64,000 nt of DNA from Nostoc sp. DedSLP01 (GCA_034530875.2 JAVRCJ020000011.1:1-64000), one strand, 5' to 3'. Counted from the first letter of the stretch, positions 9,791 to 20,737 are shown. Numbers and translations are program-made. The notes: generated from the letters alone by a model not told the origin.

Positions 9791-11297
9791 CGGAATTTTG
9801 AATTTTAGATTTTGAATTTTCGATTGAATAATTAATTTCTAACTGTTCCGCCGCCTTTAAACTTCTTCCCTTCCCACTCCCATACACAACCTGCAAATTC
9901 CTCTTGTTTTCTTTTTCTCCCCCTGCCTTTCTTTCTCCTCTGCGCCTAGCCGAAGTTCCCTCTTCACTCGTATCCTCAGCCACTACCTCATATAAAATTG
10001 CCTGTTTATTTTCAATATTTCCCTTTCTTAAAACCCTCCCCAAACGCTGAGTATACTCTCTAGCCGAACCAGTTCCCGATAAAATAATGGCTACAGAAGC
10101 CGCAGGGACATCAACTCCTTCATTTAATACATGAGAAGCCACCAAAGTATTATATGTACCCTCCTTAAATTTTGTTAATATTTCATGGCGTTCTTTGACG
10201 GGGGTTTGATGGGTAATTGCCGGAATTAATAACTCTTGAGAAATGCGATAAACAGTAGTATTATCAGCCGTAAAAATCAAAACTCGTGCCGGATAATGTT
10301 CTGCTAATAAATCAGCTAAAATTCGTAATTTTCCATCAGTACCTAAAGCAATTTCTTTCGCTTCGCGGTGGGCTAACATAGCTCTACGCCCAGCTTGCGA
10401 TCGCGCGCTCATTTGGACGAACATTTGCCAACCTTGAAGACTCCCCAAAGAAATGCGAGATTGCTTTAAAAAGTCGTTGCGAGTTTGAATTAATTGGTTG
10501 TATCTTTCCCGTTCTTGTTGCGATAACTTGACTTTAATTTGAACAATTTCGTGTTCTGCTAACGCCTTCCCCGCCAAATCTTCAGCGCGTTTGCGATATA
10601 CTTCTTGCCCAATAAGAATATTTAAGTCAGCGTGTTTGCCATCGGTACGTTCTGGAGTGGCAGAAAGTCCCAAGCGATAAGGTGCGATCGCATATTCAGC
10701 AATCACCCGATTAAAATCTGTCGGTAAATGATGGCATTCATCAAAAACAATCAAACCATATTGATTTCCTATCGCTTCCGCGTGAATTGCAGCACTATCG
10801 TAAGTTGCTACAAGAATAGGGGTTTTATCCCGCGAACCACCTCCCAGCAATCCCACCTCAGCATCGGGGAAAGCCGCCTCCAAATGTGCGTACCACTGAT
10901 GCATTAAATCCAAAGTAGGCACTACAATCAGCGTCGTGCGGGGGGTTGACTGCATCGCCATTTGTGCCAAATAAGTCTTTCCTGCCGCCGTGGGAAGCAC
11001 AACCACACCTTGTCTACCCGCCAGTTTCCAAGCCGCTAACGCTTCACTCTGGTGGGGATATGGTTCCATTTCTAGACTAGGAACCAAATCTAGAGGATAA
11101 AATTCCTTTGCTTCATCAAGAAAGTTAACATCTTCCGCTTGCAGTGCTTCCACGAGCGATCGGTATCTAATCGCCGGAATGCGGAATTTTTCAACTCGAT
11201 CGTCCCATGTAGCATAGTCCATCCAAGCTTTGCCGCGTGGTGGTGGATGCAAAATTAATGTGCCGCGATCGAAAGTTAATGTTGGGGTACGAGCCAT
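9720..11297 (-). CDS. Superfamily 2 DNA helicase, XPB/Rad25-like
   Basis: LPTAAGKT, DECHH, SATPER, LNEGVDVP, QRLGRVLR motifs. Confidence 0.9.
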   Translation of the reverse strand: MARTPTLTFDRGTLILHPPPRGKAWMDYATWDDRVEKFRIPAIRYRSLVEALQAEDVNFLDEAKEFYPLDLVPSLEMEPYPHQSEALAAWKLAGRQGVVVLPTAAGKTYLAQMAMQSTPRTTLIVVPTLDLMHQWYAHLEAAFPDAEVGLLGGGSRDKTPILVATYDSAAIHAEAIGNQYGLIVFDECHHLPTDFNRVIAEYAIAPYRLGLSATPERTDGKHADLNILIGQEVYRKRAEDLAGKALAEHEIVQIKVKLSQQERERYNQLIQTRNDFLKQSRISLGSLQGWQMFVQMSARSQAGRRAMLAHREAKEIALGTDGKLRILADLLAEHYPARVLIFTADNTTVYRISQELLIPAITHQTPVKERHEILTKFKEGTYNTLVASHVLNEGVDVPAASVAIILSGTGSAREYTQRLGRVLRKGNIENKQAILYEVVAEDTSEEGTSARRRGERKAGGEKENKRNLQVVYGSGKGRSLKAAEQLEINYSIENSKSKIQNSDVTDRVIDASPKRRGDNSEETED

Positions 11298-11432
11298 GAT
11301 TGTTGGGGAGGAGGCAGGAGGCAGGGGGCAGGGGGCAGGAGGCAGGGGGCAGGGGAGGCAGAGAAGATAATAGTAACTCCTAACTCCTCACTCCTAACTC
11401 ACCACTACGATTACTAATAACGTAAAAAGTGC

Positions 11433-12722
11433 ATGATTAATCCAAATAACTCTGACAAAACTCAACTAGATGCGCTTATTAGTCAAGGGATGTCCCATTG
11501 GCAAATAAGCAATAACCTTGGCGAATCTTACGAACAACAGCGGCAACGCTTTGTGCTGAAGCGATTGCAATTGCAGGCTCAGATTATGCTACTTTCTGGC
11601 TTGACTTTGACTGCTTTTTTCCTTTGGGTAAATTCACAGACAGAAGGCAAAATATATGCCTTTAAAATTAGTTTTGTCGTAGAATTATTCATTCTTATTT
11701 GTTGGGCTTTATGCAAAACTTCTATTGGTCGTCGCCATCCAGATTTAATTTTCTTAAGTTTATGCTGGTCTGTAACTTGTGTTATCCAAATTGATATAGC
11801 GTTGCTATTTAATAATCTCGAACCGAGAAGCAATCTCTGGAATCTAATGTTTTTAACTCAAGCAACACTTGTACCAGTAAAATGGTGGATGCATTTAGTA
11901 TCCCAAATTGGGACAGTTTTATGTTATTTAAGTTTATATTATTTATATAATCCCATATTAAAAAATCCTTTACCTTATTATGTTGAAAGCAGTATATATC
12001 TTTTTTGGACTTGCATAATTTGTGTATTTTCTGTCTATTTATACGAACGCTTACAAAAAAATGAATTTAACGCACGTAAAGCAATGGAGGTAGCTCAACA
12101 AAAATCAGAACAGCTGCTATTAAATATTTTGCCAGAAATGATTGCCGAACAATTAAAACAACAGCCAACAACTATTGCCGATAACTTCATGGAAGTGACG
12201 GTGTTATTTGCCGATATTGTTGGTTTTACAGAACTTTCAACTCGGACATCGCCGGCGGAATTAGTTTATTTACTAAATAGAATATTTTCTTTGTTTGACA
12301 AGTTAGCAGAACGTCATGGAGTGGAAAAAATCAAGACGATTGGCGACGCATATATGGCCGTTGCTGGCTTGCCAAATCAGTCTGACAACCACGCGATCGC
12401 CATAGCTAACATGGCATTGGATATGCAAAATGCTGTAGCTCAGTTTAATGAAGAAAATAACCAATCTTTTCGCATTCGCATCGGCATCAGCACAGGCCCG
12501 GTAGTAGCAGGAGTGATTGGCTTGAAAAAGTTTGCCTACGACCTTTGGGGAGATACAGTCAATACAGCTAGCCGCATGGAATCACATGGTATTGCAGGTA
12601 GTATCCAAGTTTGCCAAGCAACTTATGAGCTTTTAAAAGATAAATATTTATTAGAAGAACGAGGTTTAATTAAAGTTAAAGGTAAAGGTGAAATGATGAC
12701 TTATTTATTAATTAGTCATTAG
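11433..12722 (+). CDS. Membrane-bound class III adenylate cyclase
   Basis: About six TM helices then LFADIVGFT, EKIKTIGDAYM (Lys = ATP-specifying), YDLWGDTVNTASRMES. Confidence 0.92.
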   Translation: MINPNNSDKTQLDALISQGMSHWQISNNLGESYEQQRQRFVLKRLQLQAQIMLLSGLTLTAFFLWVNSQTEGKIYAFKISFVVELFILICWALCKTSIGRRHPDLIFLSLCWSVTCVIQIDIALLFNNLEPRSNLWNLMFLTQATLVPVKWWMHLVSQIGTVLCYLSLYYLYNPILKNPLPYYVESSIYLFWTCIICVFSVYLYERLQKNEFNARKAMEVAQQKSEQLLLNILPEMIAEQLKQQPTTIADNFMEVTVLFADIVGFTELSTRTSPAELVYLLNRIFSLFDKLAERHGVEKIKTIGDAYMAVAGLPNQSDNHAIAIANMALDMQNAVAQFNEENNQSFRIRIGISTGPVVAGVIGLKKFAYDLWGDTVNTASRMESHGIAGSIQVCQATYELLKDKYLLEERGLIKVKGKGEMMTYLLISH

Positions 12723-12850
12723 TCATTGGTCATTAGTCATTGGTCATTGGGCATGGGGAAAGGGGAAAGATTAAATTTATTCCTTTTCCCTTTTCCCTTT
12801 AACCTTTTCCCCTGCCTCCCCGCCTCTTTCTTTGCGTCCCTGCGTCCCCT
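12711..12850. repeat. Composite dispersed repeat (STRR plus purine/pyrimidine core), inverted copy at 34665-34820
   Basis: 52-nt identical core (12789-12840 vs 34675-34726) plus a shared AATAAATTTAATCTTTCCCC block. Confidence 0.9.
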
Positions 12851-12944
12851 GCCCTCCGACCCTTTGCCCTTCGGCTCTCCACACTCACCACTCCCCACTC
12901 CCAGACTAGAATTAGAATTGACGTGACGTTCTCTAGTAGCCAAA

Positions 12945-14792
12945 GTGTCAGACTCTCTGCCATTGCGCGATCGCTATCTTGCCTTAATCGATGAAATTAT
13001 CGACACCACCCTCAAGGGCAAAATAAGCTCTGTGGAACAGGTTTATCAAATGCTCCTTAAAAACATCACTTCTGGTACAGGGGAAGTGTTTGAGTTAGTT
13101 TTAAGCGATCGCCTTAATGCCCTCCAAAGCCAAGTTGATAATGAAAAAGACGAATTTAAAAAAGCTAAAGCTACTCGCTCTTTGAGAGCTATTAAAACCA
13201 TTCAAACTCAATGGCAGCGCTGGCAAGAGCAAAACAAAGCTACAGAAGCGATCGCTTCTGCCGTTACAGAAATTACTACAGCTTCTCCTAATGAGCGTCT
13301 GGCAGCATTTGTTCGGGTTACCGATCCAAATCAGAAGTATCCCCTAAATTTGGCCCAATTGCAGCAGCTATCAAAATCCTTACAGCAATTTGCCCAGTTA
13401 GACAGCGATTTACAACAATTTTCTGAAGGTATTACTCGTGGTTTAGCTTCTTGGCAACGCCTACAAGAAAATTTGCTCAGTTGGATGTACGAGCAAAAAG
13501 AATCCTTGGGATTTGGCGGCGTACCAGGGGAACGCGGCCCTTGGGGGAGTTGGGCGAAGCAAGTTAATAGTGAATTACCCAAAGCACTGTTTCGCACTTT
13601 AGCGATGGAGGAATCTGCAATTGAATTCGCCGAAAAGCAACGCGGTATTACCCTCAGAGATTGGGTGGAACTGGCACTGATTTTACAATATTTACAACGG
13701 GGCTTAATTAATTGGTTTGACCAACAAGCTTACGACGTTAAGGCAGGGCCAAAGTTGTCTATTTCGACTTTTTTGACCTTTGCGGTGATTTGGAGTCAGT
13801 TAGCCAGTGGTTTTCAAAGCATTGGTGCAGTATATAGCGATGCTTGCTCTCAAATTGTGCTGCAAATTCTGCGAACCTTTGCCCAACGTTCCTATTTTCC
13901 TCTCTATGGCGGGATTTTCGCCTCGTTTTCTGGTAGCTATCTCCGGAATGCTTTAGATTATTTGGATGAACCGCTGCGAACTGTAGAACAAACCCAAGAA
14001 AAAGCACGAATTTTGACACTTTTGGGTTATTCTCAGCGTGCTTTAGGACAATACGATCGCTCTCTTGGCTTTCATCAGCAAGCATTGGATATAGCTAGAA
14101 GTGCGGGCGATCGCCCCTGTGAAATTGCCAATCTCAACCATCTCAGCCGTACTTACGTACAACAGCAAAATTATGCCGAAGCAATTAACTACAGCCAACG
14201 AGGATTAATACTGAGCCGACAAGCAGGCGACAGAACAGGAGAAGCAAACGCACTGGTAAATTTAGGTTACAGCGAAGTCATGCAGGCTCAGGAACTAGAA
14301 AACCTAGAACCAGAAACTTATGAATCAGCAATTAATTATTTGGAACAAGGTTTAAAGTTGTCAGAAAAATTAGGCGATATTCCAAGTAAAGCCTTATGCG
14401 TCAACAGCTTAGGAATTGCCTATTTAGTAATTGGACAACATGAAACTGCAATTAAATATCTTGAAGATGGTTTTAAAATAGCGCAATTTTCCGGTGATTT
14501 ATATCTCCAAGGCAGAAATTTAGCTTATTTAGCTGAAGCTTATTATCATTTGCAAAATTCCGAAAAAACCATTTACACGGGCAGCTTAGGAATGTATCTT
14601 TTAAATCAAATTGCTTCTCGTGAATGGCGTCAACCAGCAGGGTTACTAACAATTTTACAGGGACAAATAGGGGCGGAAGATTTCCAAAAATTCTTACAAC
14701 AACATCGTCCTAAAATGATTGCAGTTATTGGTGTAGATGGGTACGATTATATTCCCCAATTGTTAGAAGAATACAAACAAGATATGTATTAA
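12945..14792 (+). CDS. Tetratricopeptide repeat protein
   Basis: C-terminal TPR array (ARILTLLGYSQRALG..., EANALVNLG...); GTG start. Confidence 0.85.
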   Translation: MSDSLPLRDRYLALIDEIIDTTLKGKISSVEQVYQMLLKNITSGTGEVFELVLSDRLNALQSQVDNEKDEFKKAKATRSLRAIKTIQTQWQRWQEQNKATEAIASAVTEITTASPNERLAAFVRVTDPNQKYPLNLAQLQQLSKSLQQFAQLDSDLQQFSEGITRGLASWQRLQENLLSWMYEQKESLGFGGVPGERGPWGSWAKQVNSELPKALFRTLAMEESAIEFAEKQRGITLRDWVELALILQYLQRGLINWFDQQAYDVKAGPKLSISTFLTFAVIWSQLASGFQSIGAVYSDACSQIVLQILRTFAQRSYFPLYGGIFASFSGSYLRNALDYLDEPLRTVEQTQEKARILTLLGYSQRALGQYDRSLGFHQQALDIARSAGDRPCEIANLNHLSRTYVQQQNYAEAINYSQRGLILSRQAGDRTGEANALVNLGYSEVMQAQELENLEPETYESAINYLEQGLKLSEKLGDIPSKALCVNSLGIAYLVIGQHETAIKYLEDGFKIAQFSGDLYLQGRNLAYLAEAYYHLQNSEKTIYTGSLGMYLLNQIASREWRQPAGLLTILQGQIGAEDFQKFLQQHRPKMIAVIGVDGYDYIPQLLEEYKQDMY

Positions 14793-14931
14793 GCTCATCA
14801 CACCCTTGATGAGGATGTTTGAAAAGTTGTTTTTTTGGTAAGCAAAAAGTTTTATATCCCCCTAAATCCACCTTGAAAGGGGGACTTTGATTCTAATTAC
14901 GCCCTTAAAAACTTCTAACCTGGCAATAGTG

Positions 14932-15531
14932 CTATTGAGAAATCAAACTAACTAAAATCCCAAGGATTTGCTCAACTGGAGGAAGAATATATTCCAACAA
15001 TCCAATGTTAACTATTTGATTTTCTAGTTTTAAGAATTTCCAGCGATCGCCTGTAGTAACTGTGCCATAAATTATAGGAATAGATTTATTATTTTGTTCG
15101 TTGAAACGTTGGACAGCAATCATTTCTGCAACACATTGGCCCAACCCAGCATTTAAATCCTCTCGCTTTGCCTCAACGACTATGAGAGCAGGTGCTTCAA
15201 TAAATAACTGCTCAGAAGAACGGCTAATTAAAAAGTCACATACACCGTTGAGTCCAACTGATGGATCTACAGTAAAATCGTTTCCTGAAAAGAGGCTAAT
15301 CTGCTGTTTAAAAATATCCTTAACTTCAAGTAGGATGGGACAAATAAGTATTTCTGACCTAGCTTTTTCTGTGTTCAGTGCTAGGGCTAAAGGTAAATAT
15401 TTATCCAGAAATGCTGCTAAAAAAGGACTAGGTTGAATAGGTTCAGTAGGACTTAAAAAAGTTGGTTGTTCTACAATTGTTAGGTTAAAATCTTGTCTCA
15501 CACGTCTGAGTGTGAAGTCACTGTAAGGCAT
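14932..15531 (-). CDS. PD-(D/E)XK-fold protein, HsdR N-terminal-like
   Basis: CDFLI..VVEAK..GLGQCVAEM..GTVTTGDRWKF. Confidence 0.7.
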   Translation of the reverse strand: MPYSDFTLRRVRQDFNLTIVEQPTFLSPTEPIQPSPFLAAFLDKYLPLALALNTEKARSEILICPILLEVKDIFKQQISLFSGNDFTVDPSVGLNGVCDFLISRSSEQLFIEAPALIVVEAKREDLNAGLGQCVAEMIAVQRFNEQNNKSIPIIYGTVTTGDRWKFLKLENQIVNIGLLEYILPPVEQILGILVSLISQ

Positions 15532-15649
15532 AAAAACCTCTCTTGCAATGCTCCATGTACTATGGGGCTTCCAATTAAAAAAATATCAGGCAGGGGAGGC
15601 TAGGGGAGAGAAAAAAGTTTAACTCAACGCTAGTGAACTATGCCCCAGT

Positions 15650-16531
15650 TTAATTAATCCTTTTTCTTACTAATTCTGGAATTTCAGAAGGGCGTTCAGC
15701 TACGGGAACTTGTACTTTTTTCAAAGCTGCTAATTTACTTTGAGCTGTACCAAAATTCGCATCACGTCCGATAACTGTTGCTAAAGTCCCAGTTTGACGC
15801 CAGCTTTTTCCTGGTGGTGCCATTCTCCCTGCAATGTAGGCAATTACCGGTTTATCAATGGCCTCAGCAATATACCGTGCTGCTGCTTCTTCACTACCGC
15901 CACCTGGTTGACCGACTAAAACGATCGCTTCTGTAGTATCATCTTCATCGAGAATTTGCAGCCATTGCAAAAACGAGGAACCAACGATCGCATCACTACC
16001 AATACTGACACTAATCGATTGCCCCAAACCAGCTTGGGTTAATTCGTAGGCGACTTCGTAAGTAAGAGTACTGCTACGACTAACGATCCCCACTGGCCCC
16101 GGTGTATAAAATTCACTAGGTTGAGTTCCTAAGAGAATTTTTCCTGGGACAATGATTCCGGGACTATTTGGCCCGACTACCAAAGTTTCACAAGCCTCGG
16201 CTGTGCGGAGTAATTGCACCATATCTAAAGGTGGCACTCCAGCACTAATAATAATAATTTGGCGGATCTGGGATGCGATCGCTTCTAATGCTGCATCCAA
16301 AGCATCGTAAGGATCTACGCAGATAATTGTGGTATCAATTGGCCCAAATTCTTTTACTACCTCTTCGACTAAATCAAATACTGGCAGTCCGTGTAGTACC
16401 TGTCCGCCACATCCAGGATTGACACCAGCTACCAAATTCGTGCCATAAGCTTGCATTTGAGCAACATGAGTGCCTGATATAAATTCACAAAAGCCTTGAA
16501 TTAAAACTTTACTCTCTGGGGTTAGATTCAT
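15650..16531 (-). CDS. sucD: Succinyl-CoA synthetase alpha subunit homologue (catalytic His absent)
   Basis: KVLIQG, GTNLVAGVNPG, VGPNSPG, GIVSRSSTLTYE; GHAG replaced by RQTG. Confidence 0.85.
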   Translation of the reverse strand: MNLTPESKVLIQGFCEFISGTHVAQMQAYGTNLVAGVNPGCGGQVLHGLPVFDLVEEVVKEFGPIDTTIICVDPYDALDAALEAIASQIRQIIIISAGVPPLDMVQLLRTAEACETLVVGPNSPGIIVPGKILLGTQPSEFYTPGPVGIVSRSSTLTYEVAYELTQAGLGQSISVSIGSDAIVGSSFLQWLQILDEDDTTEAIVLVGQPGGGSEEAAARYIAEAIDKPVIAYIAGRMAPPGKSWRQTGTLATVIGRDANFGTAQSKLAALKKVQVPVAERPSEIPELVRKRIN

Positions 16532-17023
16532 AAGAAATTACCATAAATTTAGCAAGCCAGCGAGCTGAGCCACTGGACACACAGCAGAATTAAGAATTGA
16601 TGAGTTTAGAGAGAAGTTCCAGCGCCAATTTCCGGGGAATGGAACTTCACCAGAGTAAAACACGCTTTCTACCTGGCTTTGAAATTTAGTTTCTGTAGTT
16701 TATTTTCCTGATAATCTGCTCTAATAACAATGTACTATATTCTATTAATTTACTTTTTACTGACTTTTTTATTTTTAATAATACATCCTCAGTTCATCTC
16801 CTGTCGCAACTAATAGCAATTGAGCTAAACAAAAATATTCTAATTTCTTAATTCTGACTTCGGAATTCTTACCGAATTAAGAATTATTCGTCAAACTAAT
16901 TCGTAATTGTTACCCCACAGATAAATCTGGGGGCTTGAAATAAAGATGCTCCGCATTGTTTGGTAGCCATAAATGAATAATGGTGCTTTTACCCTTAATT
17001 ACGAATTACGAATTATTCGGTCA

Positions 17024-18250
17024 CTACTTCTTATTAGCAGTTGGTTTAGCAAGACGAACTGCAACTTCGACTGCTTCATCTAAATTTTCTACCACAACAA
17101 TGCTATTTTTTTTGGTTTTAAGTGTTGCTAAATATTTTTTAGCTGCATTCAACTCCGAACCGGCAAGGCGGACAACTAAAGATGGAAAATCCCGATCTGG
17201 GGGAATTTTACTACCATTAGAGCGTACAACTTGTAATTTGAGTGCCTCATTATCTTGCTGTACAAATTCGGCTAGAACTTCAGTTACTTCCTCAGTCTGA
17301 GGAATGCTACCCAGGAAGTTAATTAGTATAACTTGAATGCTTGTGTCAGCAGTTAAAATTTTTAAACCTGTTTTGAGGCGATCGCAAAAGGTAGTTGGTG
17401 TTGTATCCGTGAGGAAAGCATGGCGTAAATTCAAACAAACACCCGGCTTACCGCCAGTATTAGCCACTAAATCCAAAGTTGCCATTACCGAACCAGTACC
17501 ATTACCTAAAATCCCGATTTTCCCGTGCATTTGCACGCCATCCCAGTCACCCAAAGTACTGTTGATTTCACTACCCGGTTGACGATTCATAATTTTTGCT
17601 GCCATTTGCGCCAAGTCTGGATGACGCTTAATCGCTCGTTCGTTCACCCTGACTTTACCATTGAGAGCCATAACTTCACCGTTGGCATTAACTGCCAAAG
17701 GATTAATTTCGACTAAATCCAGGTCTTTTTGCACAAATAACTGATACATTTTCTGGAGAACGCTGCTAATCGACTGCATTAACGTTCCTTGTAAACCCAT
17801 TTTCAAAGCCAGTCGTCGGGCATAAAATGGCGAGAATTCCTGTTCTACGACCACATGGTGCATTTTTTCACCAGCAGATTCCCAATCGATGTTTGCTTCT
17901 TTGCAGCCTAAAAGTACTGGTCGGCAAACAGCGGTATCTAAAACCACCGCCAAATAAAATTCCTGGTTGGCGTCGTATTGGCATTCTGCCAGCACAACTT
18001 CTGGCAGCTCTCCCCAAATCGGTAAACTAAAGATATTTTGAGCCGCAGCGATCGCATCGATAGTCGTTTCGGCAAACCTGACTCCACCTGCTTTTGCTCG
18101 TTCGGCTCCATGTACTTGAGATTTCAGGACAATTGGAAAGCCAATTTTTAAACGTTTCAAATCTGTGGGATGGTCAATTCGTTGCGACGGCAATACAGGA
18201 ATGCCTATCTTCCCAAACCACTCTTTAACTTGGTACTCTAATAAATCCAT
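17024..18250 (-). CDS. sucC: Succinyl-CoA synthetase beta subunit homologue (divergent)
   Basis: MDLLEYQVKE, VLKSQV..RAKAGGV, LVEINPL, GKIGILGNGTGSVMATLD, VVRLAG. Confidence 0.85.
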   Translation of the reverse strand: MDLLEYQVKEWFGKIGIPVLPSQRIDHPTDLKRLKIGFPIVLKSQVHGAERAKAGGVRFAETTIDAIAAAQNIFSLPIWGELPEVVLAECQYDANQEFYLAVVLDTAVCRPVLLGCKEANIDWESAGEKMHHVVVEQEFSPFYARRLALKMGLQGTLMQSISSVLQKMYQLFVQKDLDLVEINPLAVNANGEVMALNGKVRVNERAIKRHPDLAQMAAKIMNRQPGSEINSTLGDWDGVQMHGKIGILGNGTGSVMATLDLVANTGGKPGVCLNLRHAFLTDTTPTTFCDRLKTGLKILTADTSIQVILINFLGSIPQTEEVTEVLAEFVQQDNEALKLQVVRSNGSKIPPDRDFPSLVVRLAGSELNAAKKYLATLKTKKNSIVVVENLDEAVEVAVRLAKPTANKK

Positions 18251-18874
18251 TGATACACCTTCTTGTGATAGCTTTCACCCTTTTGGTTAGTGCTGTCTAA
18301 ATATTTGACAGCATCCTTTATTACATAATTCAGCTTTTGGCAGCTATAAAAATTTATTTTTCACGTATCAATTTTATCGAATTCAGCAGATGAGGCAAAT
18401 TAAATTCTCTGGCTATAAAAGTAATTAATCTCCTCAGTAGACTTCCCAGCATAGAAGATAACTCGCATTCCTGTCAAAAATCTGTAACAACCCAACATTT
18501 CCTTAACCTGTAGATAATTTTGTCAGATTTCTTCTGCAACTAAAGCCAAATAGTAGCTGTTGTGAATTTAATTTTCACAAAATTATGCAATAAAAATCCT
18601 CAAAAATTCTATTATTCCCATTTTTTAAGAAGAATATATACCTGCGGATAGATTATCCACCTTTATATTTAGTAGTCCAAAAATGTAGCCGTGCAAACGA
18701 TCCCTACTATTTGAATTTTTGCTTAAAAGCCAGAATTTGTGTTAGAAAGTTGGTCGATTAGATTTTCAGGCTGTGGTTGGTTAAATTGTGCATCTTAATT
18801 CAACAAACCCAAACTGTTCATCTCATCTCCTTAAAGATAATCAAAACAATATAGAAGTTAAAGACGAAATTTAT

Positions 18875-20737
18875 ATGAAAGTAGCAGCCCAGCAGGAAGA
18901 CTTACAGCTTTTAGCCAAAACTTTACAGGAACAATTGCTTGTAGAAGTCCCATCGGCTGGAGCCTTTCAAGTTAAATGTGCTGTCAATAAAGACGAGCTC
19001 ATGATTTTAACCCAACATCCATCAGGTGTAATAGTCGATCCTCAGGTCATCTTTGCAGTGATTGAGGAGGTACTCCAGTCCTTAGCGCCATACAAAGAGC
19101 AACAAGTGCAATGTTTTCTCAGAGTTGTTGGCGAACAACTTCCTTATGCCAAACGTTCTCTCGCTCTCAAGCAAAGGGCAGGATGGGAAAATGAGGAGAT
19201 GGGAATCTGGGCAGCTGGGGATTTGGGGGATGCTCTGACGCCGGAACGTGGGGACGGTCTGATGGAGGAATACGAGGACACAGGGATCGTTTTAGACGAC
19301 GAGGATATAGAGATCCCCATGTTGGAGCGTCTCCCCCTCTCTGCGTCCTCCTCATCAGCTCTAGCCTATTTGCCTGCGTCGGATGAAGTTGAAGAAGAGG
19401 AAGTATTCGACCCATTTGCAGATGCGCCGAATTTGTCGGCTTCTAAGTCAACACGCCGAACCAAACCTATCTTTATAGGTATTGGCTTGGTGGGAATTGT
19501 CGTTTTAGGTGTTGGCGGTTATTTGTTGACTCGTCCTTGTGTGATGTCTGAGTGCAAAGAAATCCAAGTTGCCGAGCAATTGAAAACAGAATCGCCACAA
19601 TTGATGCGCCGCGCCAAGTCCGAACAAGAATTACTAACAGTGCAGCAGCGACTGACGGCAGCTAGTACAGCCTTGGATGTAATTCCTAGTTGGTCGCCTC
19701 GTTACCAAGCATCAGAAGAACTCAAAGCCAATTTGTCTGGACGGTCAGAAAAAATCAACCAGGTGGTCAAGGCTTTGCAGACGGCATCTGTGGCGGCAGA
19801 AAAAATTAAAGCTCCCGCAGGGAGTTTAGCAGAAATAGAAGCTAGACAACATTTATGGCGACAAGCGATCGCACCACTAGAAGCTATAACTCCTAACAGC
19901 GAACTCTATCCTTTAGTACAAGCAAAATTATTTAGCTATCGTATCAGCCTCCACGCTGTGAATCAGCAGATGGTGACTGAAGAAAAATGGCTGAAAAAAC
20001 TAGCAGCAGCTAAAAATGTAGCTAAAATAGCCGAAAATCGCCAAAATACTGCTAAATCCTTGAAGGATTGGCAAAAGGTCTATTCTAACTGGCAGGTAGT
20101 TGTTAATGCCTTGAGAATAATTCCCCAGACTAGCCCTGCATATCAAGAAGCCCAAAACCTGTTAACAGATTATAAACCTAAGCTTGTAGCAGCACGCGAT
20201 CGCGCTACCAAAGAACAATTAGCTGCTAGAGCCTACCAACAAGCTGTTAGCAGCGCTAACCAAGCCAAAGCCTATCAGCAACAAAATCAATGGCAAGCAG
20301 CGGTGACATACTGGGAGCAGGCTGTAGAAACTGCCAAAAAAGTTTCCCAAGATAGCTTGTACTACACTCAGGCTCAATCTCTAATCGAACCCTACTCAAC
20401 ATCTCTCAAACAAGCACAAGAAAAACTACAAGTTGTTAATGCTTTGCAGCAAACCCGCGCTGACTTAGATAAAACCTGTATTAATGGCATTCGGATCTGC
20501 ACCTTTAGCATCGAGAATGCAGGAATTATTGTCCGGTTAACTCCTGAGTATGACCAATTAAGGCAAAACAGTTTGCCTAATCCCAATGCGGAGAATACGG
20601 ATACTGCTGTTGAGCTTGCCAATCACTTGCAAATTTTACGGGAAGCCCTAGCTGTAATTAGTGACAACGCCAGTTTGTCCCTCTTCCTTTATGATTCCCA
20701 AGGTCAGGTAATTTATACGCGAACACTGGAAGGCTAG
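18875..20737 (+). CDS. Hypothetical single-pass membrane protein with helical-repeat C-terminal region
   Basis: TM IFIGIGLVGIVVLGVGGYLL; repeated WQxAxxxLxxIPxxS.Y..AQ helices; ATG 18875 preferred over GTG 18788. Confidence 0.75.
   Translation: MKVAAQQEDLQLLAKTLQEQLLVEVPSAGAFQVKCAVNKDELMILTQHPSGVIVDPQVIFAVIEEVLQSLAPYKEQQVQCFLRVVGEQLPYAKRSLALKQRAGWENEEMGIWAAGDLGDALTPERGDGLMEEYEDTGIVLDDEDIEIPMLERLPLSASSSSALAYLPASDEVEEEEVFDPFADAPNLSASKSTRRTKPIFIGIGLVGIVVLGVGGYLLTRPCVMSECKEIQVAEQLKTESPQLMRRAKSEQELLTVQQRLTAASTALDVIPSWSPRYQASEELKANLSGRSEKINQVVKALQTASVAAEKIKAPAGSLAEIEARQHLWRQAIAPLEAITPNSELYPLVQAKLFSYRISLHAVNQQMVTEEKWLKKLAAAKNVAKIAENRQNTAKSLKDWQKVYSNWQVVVNALRIIPQTSPAYQEAQNLLTDYKPKLVAARDRATKEQLAARAYQQAVSSANQAKAYQQQNQWQAAVTYWEQAVETAKKVSQDSLYYTQAQSLIEPYSTSLKQAQEKLQVVNALQQTRADLDKTCINGIRICTFSIENAGIIVRLTPEYDQLRQNSLPNPNAENTDTAVELANHLQILREALAVISDNASLSLFLYDSQGQVIYTRTLEG

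Noticed and set aside
12726..12943. Short ORFs on both strands
   Set aside because: Low-complexity translations of the composite repeat.
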